Source: an uncultured Candidatus Saccharimonadales bacterium (GTDB lineage Bacteria > Patescibacteriota > Saccharimonadia > UBA4664). Taken from it: 64,000 bases of DNA. The translations under genes and the position numbers were made by a program. The stretch spans positions 34,714-98,713 of the forward strand of contig CAYXSN010000003.1 of the NCBI GenBank assembly GCA_964467655.1, given 5' to 3'. The notes beneath the pieces were generated by a model that saw nothing but the letters and a program-made list of their open reading frames with translations, was not told where the DNA came from and did no database searches. The number at the start of each line of letters is the position of its first letter. The first letter of the stretch is position 1. Positions 59,288 to 64,000 of this stretch are shown one piece after another.

Positions 59288-60775
59288 ATGCGCCTAAAAC
59301 TTATCCTCCTAGCCCTCGGCATTACGATACTAGCTGCCAGTGCCAGCCTCTGGAACTATTCAAGGATTCAAATGAGCGTGCCCAACATCTCTGGTGAGTA
59401 CACCATCACCCTAGAGAACCAAGCCGATGGCAAAGCCACCGTCACCAAGACTAGCTCCAAGTCTTTCAGCAAAATCGTCAGCAAAGGCTCCTACCGGGTC
59501 ATTGTGACCCAGGGCCAAAACTCCCGCTTCTTTCTCATTGATACAGCTCCGTTTTTGGCGACCACCAGCGTCACCGCCGAGCTTCAGACCCAGATCGCCC
59601 GCAGTTACATCGGCAACAGCCCCGGGGACTGCTTTTACCTAATCGCCAATGTTGCCCTTTCCAGCACTTGTACCGGTAGTCAGAGCCACATGACGTTACA
59701 CACACCAGCCACGGCCACCCAAGCCAGCTACAACCAGGATTACATCACCATCAGAGGCCGGTTCATGGACAGTCTCGAAACCGCCGGCGGCACAATAGTG
59801 TTGAGCCAGTCCATTGGTGATAGCGGTCCGCTGCTGCATCTGTTTACCGGTAAACTCGAACCCGCCAAATCAACTGAACTTTCAGGTCTGAAAGCCGGTG
59901 TTGAGTATCGCTTAAGCAATTATAAAGCTGGCTTTTTAGTCCATAACTTTGATTTTTCGGACGTCCAGTACTATTCGGCCTTCGGTGCCGCTGCTCAAAG
60001 CGTCACGTTTGAGGCTGCTCAAACCAAAGCATCCAAGCCCTCGGCAGTAGCCACCAACAACCAAGCGACAGCTGTAGCCTATTTCTCTGAGCGTTCCGAA
60101 GAAGACCAAGGCAAAAATATCACTGAAATCGTCTTGTCGACTCCCGGCAAAGCCACCCAGCATTTTACCACCCAAGGCCATATCACCAAACTCATGTTCT
60201 GCTCAACCCAAACTCTGTGCGCCCTCAACAGCTTGGGCAGTAGCCTGCAAGTTTACAAGCTTGAGGACAAGGGGATAGACAACGATTTTGACATCAAAGA
60301 TGTTTCAGATTTCTTACTCTATCAGAACCAGATTGTGGCCGCCCAAGGCAAAAGTGTTTACCGCATTAATCCTGATGACCAATCAGGCTTCCAAGAATAC
60401 AGCTTTGGTGCCTATAACTTCTGCGGCTTCAGCCCCGCACCCAACGGCTACGTACTCTGCATCGCTGGCGCCAAAAACGGCCGGGCGCTCCTGAGACTTG
60501 ATGAAACAGCCGCCATCATCAACTCGGGTGCCATCGACCAGCAGTTAGCAAGCCTAAGTACCAAAACCGACATCATTAACCAGATCAGCGCCTACGGCCG
60601 GTTTATCACGGTAGTCCCCAAAGGTGACCTCATCATGAACTGGACCGCCCGCCGCCTTGAGCCAGACCCCGTAAAACAAGCCACCATCAACGGTCAAATC
60701 AATGCCACCATCAACGAACTTGGTATTGATAGAAGCAAGTACCAGATTTCAATTACCGCACCTCTCGGTGATTAA
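59288..60775 (+). CDS. secreted or anchored beta-rich hypothetical protein
   Basis: N-terminal hydrophobic helix, Cys pairs, beta-strand-like composition; AGGAAG RBS. Confidence 0.7.
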   Translation: MRLKLILLALGITILAASASLWNYSRIQMSVPNISGEYTITLENQADGKATVTKTSSKSFSKIVSKGSYRVIVTQGQNSRFFLIDTAPFLATTSVTAELQTQIARSYIGNSPGDCFYLIANVALSSTCTGSQSHMTLHTPATATQASYNQDYITIRGRFMDSLETAGGTIVLSQSIGDSGPLLHLFTGKLEPAKSTELSGLKAGVEYRLSNYKAGFLVHNFDFSDVQYYSAFGAAAQSVTFEAAQTKASKPSAVATNNQATAVAYFSERSEEDQGKNITEIVLSTPGKATQHFTTQGHITKLMFCSTQTLCALNSLGSSLQVYKLEDKGIDNDFDIKDVSDFLLYQNQIVAAQGKSVYRINPDDQSGFQEYSFGAYNFCGFSPAPNGYVLCIAGAKNGRALLRLDETAAIINSGAIDQQLASLSTKTDIINQISAYGRFITVVPKGDLIMNWTARRLEPDPVKQATINGQINATINELGIDRSKYQISITAPLGD

Positions 60776-60786
60776 AACTGACGCCC

Positions 60787-61083
60787 CTAAATCGAGCTGA
60801 TCGTAATCATTACCCTCACGCGCCCCGGCTGGCCAGGTACAGGGGTAGGGGAGCCACTCGTCTTCAAACCAGCCAGAGCCACCAGCTCCAGCTGACGCAT
60901 CCGCAACGCTCCAGCTACAGCCGCACTTGACGTCACGAGTCTTAAAGTTCCCTGGTGCCACTGACGGGCCCTCACTTTACCCGGATACCATTCATCCACC
61001 ACCTTTTGAACCACTTCCAACACATCCTGGCGGTCAAGCCCTAATTGCTGACGCTTGTGTTCAAAATAAGCCGGATCTATCAT
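60787..61083 (-). CDS. DciA (DUF721)-like protein
   Basis: GTLRLVTSSAAVAGALRMRQ; directly downstream of recF, the usual dciA position. Confidence 0.6.
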   Translation of the reverse strand: MIDPAYFEHKRQQLGLDRQDVLEVVQKVVDEWYPGKVRARQWHQGTLRLVTSSAAVAGALRMRQLELVALAGLKTSGSPTPVPGQPGRVRVMITISSI

Positions 61084-62141
61084 ACTTCACCAGTCCAGAT
61101 CGTAGCGTGATCAGTCCTAAATTCCCTGGTCACGGCATCAGCATCGGTAGTCGTAATCACGGTCTGGTATCCTCCTAATCTATCAAGCAAATAAGCTCGT
61201 CGCTGTTTATCGAGCTCGCTAAAAACATCATCAAGCAAGAGGAGGGGACGCACCCCGGTCTGAGCCTGGGCATAGGCCAATTCAGCCAGCTTCAAAGCCA
61301 ACACCACAGTCCGAACTTCACCACGTGATGCCACATTGACGACTTCGCCGGTTTTAAATTTGGCACCAAAGTCTTCACGGTGGGGTCCGATAGTGGTAAA
61401 GCCGGCTGCAAAATCTCTATCCAATTGCCGCTCCAGTACCGTCAAAAAATCAGCTTCGTAATCACCCGATATGCTCGGTTGATACTCCAAAGCCACAGCC
61501 ACAGCCTCGCCAGCAATCTCCCGGTATAACTCGGGCAATTTACTGTTCACAATTTCTAGGTAACGCTGGCGCTTTTTGCAGATATCAACTGCCAACTCCG
61601 CTAGTTTAACGTTCCAAGCAAACAGTTGGTCGCGGGGTGGCAACGACCACTTCTTGGCATCAAGTAGAGCATTGCGCTGCTTGAGTACTCGCCGGTACTG
61701 CATGAGGGCCACCAAATAGAGTCGATCGGTCTGACAGAGCACAAAATCAAGGTACCGCCGCCGGCCTTCTGGAGGACCCTGAAGCATACCCAATTCAGTT
61801 GGTTCAAACAACGTCACCTGCAACCGGCCGATATGAGCGGCCAGCGTCCGCTTCAGACCGTCATGGGTCACTTTTTTGGTCACACCACCACTAAAACTGG
61901 CAGCCAAAGCCATCTCCATTTCACCCCCCGCCACCAACCGGTAAAAATCAGCCCCATGATGAACCACATCCCGATCGCGAGCCCGAAAGCTTTTGGTGGA
62001 AGCCAACACGTAAAGTGCCTCCAATAGGTTCGTTTTACCAGTAGCATTCGGCCCCACCACCAGAGTTACTTCGGGATGCAATTCAAATTTGGCGGCCGCA
62101 TACGACCTGAAGTTCGCCAGCTCCAGTTGGGAGATGATCAC
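61080..62141 (-). CDS. recF: DNA replication/repair protein RecF
   Basis: NFRSY, GPNATGKTNLLEA, RRRYLD, GPHRED, SRGE, LLLDDVFSELD. Confidence 0.96.
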   Translation of the reverse strand: MIISQLELANFRSYAAAKFELHPEVTLVVGPNATGKTNLLEALYVLASTKSFRARDRDVVHHGADFYRLVAGGEMEMALAASFSGGVTKKVTHDGLKRTLAAHIGRLQVTLFEPTELGMLQGPPEGRRRYLDFVLCQTDRLYLVALMQYRRVLKQRNALLDAKKWSLPPRDQLFAWNVKLAELAVDICKKRQRYLEIVNSKLPELYREIAGEAVAVALEYQPSISGDYEADFLTVLERQLDRDFAAGFTTIGPHREDFGAKFKTGEVVNVASRGEVRTVVLALKLAELAYAQAQTGVRPLLLLDDVFSELDKQRRAYLLDRLGGYQTVITTTDADAVTREFRTDHATIWTGEV

Positions 62142-63247
62142 GTGCGCAGCGGCATAATGATGTGCAGGTAATCATCGGCCGCCTCCTCGCCAGCTGGAGA
62201 CAGTACGCAGGCCTTGTCCTTACCGCTCGTCGCAAACATGACGGTCGAGGTCTTCATGACGGCTAGGGCGTCGGTAAGATACCGGGCATTGAGCGACACC
62301 ACGGCATCATCACCACTTACTTCGCAATCGGCCGCCGAAGTATTGCCACCCACCTCTGAATCACCGCTCATCACCCGCACCTGACCCTCTGCTTGAATCT
62401 CGAGCTTCACACTACCGGCACTTTCCCGCGCAAACAAGCTGGCCACTTTAGTGATTCTCGTAAACTCACTCACTTCAATCTCAAACGAAGTCTCAGCCTG
62501 CTCAGGTAAAATACCACGATAAGGAGGAAACTGCCCCTCAATCAACCGTGACACCAACTCGATATCACCCAGCCGCCACATGACCTGGTTTTCATCCATG
62601 TATAATTCAACAGGCTCAGTAACATCAGCCAATAATCTCATTAGCTCCTGCATAGTCCGAGCCGGCACAATTACTTTGAGCTCTTCTTGAGGCGACTTCT
62701 CCAACGGCATCCGTTTTTCGGCCAGGCGGTACGAATCGGTCGCCACCAGATATAAATTGTCGTCCTCGGTATACAAATACACACCAGCCAACACCGGCCT
62801 GGCTTCATCCGCTGAAGCCGCTACCACTACCTGCACCAAGGCTTCCCGCAGCGCTGCCGCTTCTACAGTAAGTACCGGATCAGCTGTGATAGTGGGGATT
62901 TCAGGAAATTCCTCAGCCGCAATTCCGTTAATCTTCGATTCATAATTAGGTGCCTTCACCACTAAGACAGCGTCTTCAGCCATGAGCTCGATAGTGCCAT
63001 GAGGCAGACTCGAGACAAACTCACTCACAAGCCTAGCTGGCACCGTGACGGCTCCTTGCTCTTCTACCTTGGAGCCTACCCAATAGTTAATACCGATCTC
63101 AAGATTGGTCGCCGACAACCTCAAACGATTACCATCAGTTGCCAGTAAAACGTGTGACAGTACCGGCAGACTGGCTCTCGTTGATACTACCCGGCCGACG
63201 CTTGACAGAGCTTTGGACAAGTTCTCTTGTGTGAGGCTAAGTCTCAT
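62138..63247 (-). CDS. dnaN: DNA polymerase III beta clamp
   Basis: LSATNLEI, RPVLAGV, ATDSYRLA, SRLIEGQFP, IIMPLR. Confidence 0.97.
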   Translation of the reverse strand: MRLSLTQENLSKALSSVGRVVSTRASLPVLSHVLLATDGNRLRLSATNLEIGINYWVGSKVEEQGAVTVPARLVSEFVSSLPHGTIELMAEDAVLVVKAPNYESKINGIAAEEFPEIPTITADPVLTVEAAALREALVQVVVAASADEARPVLAGVYLYTEDDNLYLVATDSYRLAEKRMPLEKSPQEELKVIVPARTMQELMRLLADVTEPVELYMDENQVMWRLGDIELVSRLIEGQFPPYRGILPEQAETSFEIEVSEFTRITKVASLFARESAGSVKLEIQAEGQVRVMSGDSEVGGNTSAADCEVSGDDAVVSLNARYLTDALAVMKTSTVMFATSGKDKACVLSPAGEEAADDYLHIIMPLRT

Positions 63248-63269
63248 ATATTCTTTCCCCAGGTAATTG

Positions 63270-63537
63270 CCTTATTATTTTTCTTTCTCATAATCATCAT
63301 AGTAATCATAGGTCCTGTGGAAAGTGGGTAAAAACCGGAACAGAGCTTACTACAAGCCTAATATGGCTAAATGGCTTGGGTAAGAACGGCGGACAACCTG
63401 CGGACAACCTGCGGATAGACCTGTGTAAAGCTGGTCGCCGCCGGTCCCGGGCCTGTGTACGGGACCATTGTTGCTCACAGAGCTTCCCCCAAGTTTCCCC
63501 AGTCTTTTCCACGTAGTTGTCCCCCTGTTTATTCACG
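63270..63537. other. replication origin oriC in the dnaA-dnaN intergenic region
   Basis: Degenerate DnaA boxes (TGTGGAAAG, TGCGGACAA, TGCGGATAG, TTTTCCACG, TTATTCACG); minus strand CTTTCCACA-GGACC-TAT GAT TAC TAT GAT GAT TAT trios, then an A-rich tract. Confidence 0.85.
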
Positions 63538-63539
63538 GC

Positions 63540-64000
63540 TCATCCAGTCAGTCCCAGCTGCTCGCGTACTGCCATTATGTCGCTACGCAAGACATCATCC
63601 GAGTCGATCAACTTTTCCAGCTTTTGTACCGAGTGCATGGCGGTTGTATGATCGCGGCCACCCACAGCTGCAGCAATCTTCGGAAAACTCAGGTCGAGGT
63701 CGGCTCTCATGAGATACATAGCAATTTGCCGAGGCACCACGATTTCTTTGTCCCGTTTAGGGCCTTCAAGATCGGCGACCGTCAGATCAAAATATCTGGC
63801 TACCCGCTCCAGTACGGTTTTGGCGTTGGTGACTCTCAGCCGTGGCCGAGCCGCCGCATCGCTAGCCAGCAAGCTGCGCACCCGTTCGAGTGACATCGAG
63901 CCTTGTTTATGCTCAAGATCAGCCAGTACTTTTGTGAGCGTACCTTCTAGCTCCCTGATGTTGTGCTGGGCATGGCGGGCAATAAAATCAACAACCTCCA
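63540..64000 (-). CDS. dnaA: chromosomal replication initiator DnaA (C-terminal part, truncated by the window edge)
   Basis: NIRELEG near the window end, PRQIAMYL, GGRDHTTAMHS; upstream of dnaN. Confidence 0.95.
   Translation of the reverse strand, partial: EVVDFIARHAQHNIRELEGTLTKVLADLEHKQGSMSLERVRSLLASDAAARPRLRVTNAKTVLERVARYFDLTVADLEGPKRDKEIVVPRQIAMYLMRADLDLSFPKIAAAVGGRDHTTAMHSVQKLEKLIDSDDVLRSDIMAVREQLGLTG

Noticed and set aside
44653-60775. Conjugative ICE or prophage (VirB4, phage-type lysozyme)
   Set aside because: No integrase, relaxase, att repeats or phage structural genes; composition resembles the core genes and the cluster abuts dnaN/recF
63306-63536. 76-aa ORF between dnaA and dnaN
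   Set aside because: Coincides with the DnaA-box arrays of oriC

Overview
Chromosomal window from a small-genome bacterium that looks like Patescibacteria/CPR, most likely Saccharibacteria-like. This is inferred from gene content, few Shine-Dalgarno sites and a VirB-like cluster next to the origin. The right end holds partial dnaA, oriC (DnaA boxes plus DnaA-trios), dnaN, recF and dciA. Next to it is a type IV secretion-like cluster: four VirB2-like pilins, a giant VirB6-like protein, PrgI, VirB4, a protein with a C-terminal GH26 domain and a lysozyme/VanY protein. The rest is housekeeping and envelope genes: groES/groEL with a CIRCE, two phosphomannomutases, pheA/tyrA, murE, two FemABX, vapBC, xth, tsaD, tsaC, valS, several GT2/GT-C glycosyltransferases, pgi, comF, hsp20 and 4 tRNAs, with orphan cassettes between them. 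Most notable: (1) ~120-150 bp palindromic elements resembling Rickettsia RPEs, two inserted in frame inside valS and one in its leader; (2) a TsaC-HIT fusion; (3) a SAM methyltransferase split by a G9 tract; (4) a HATPase/STAS plus wHTH-PRTase module with tandem palindromic operators; (5) widespread apparently leaderless genes, including an 18-bp bidirectional promoter; (6) tRNA-Arg(GCG). All calls come from reading motifs by eye; no database searches were run.
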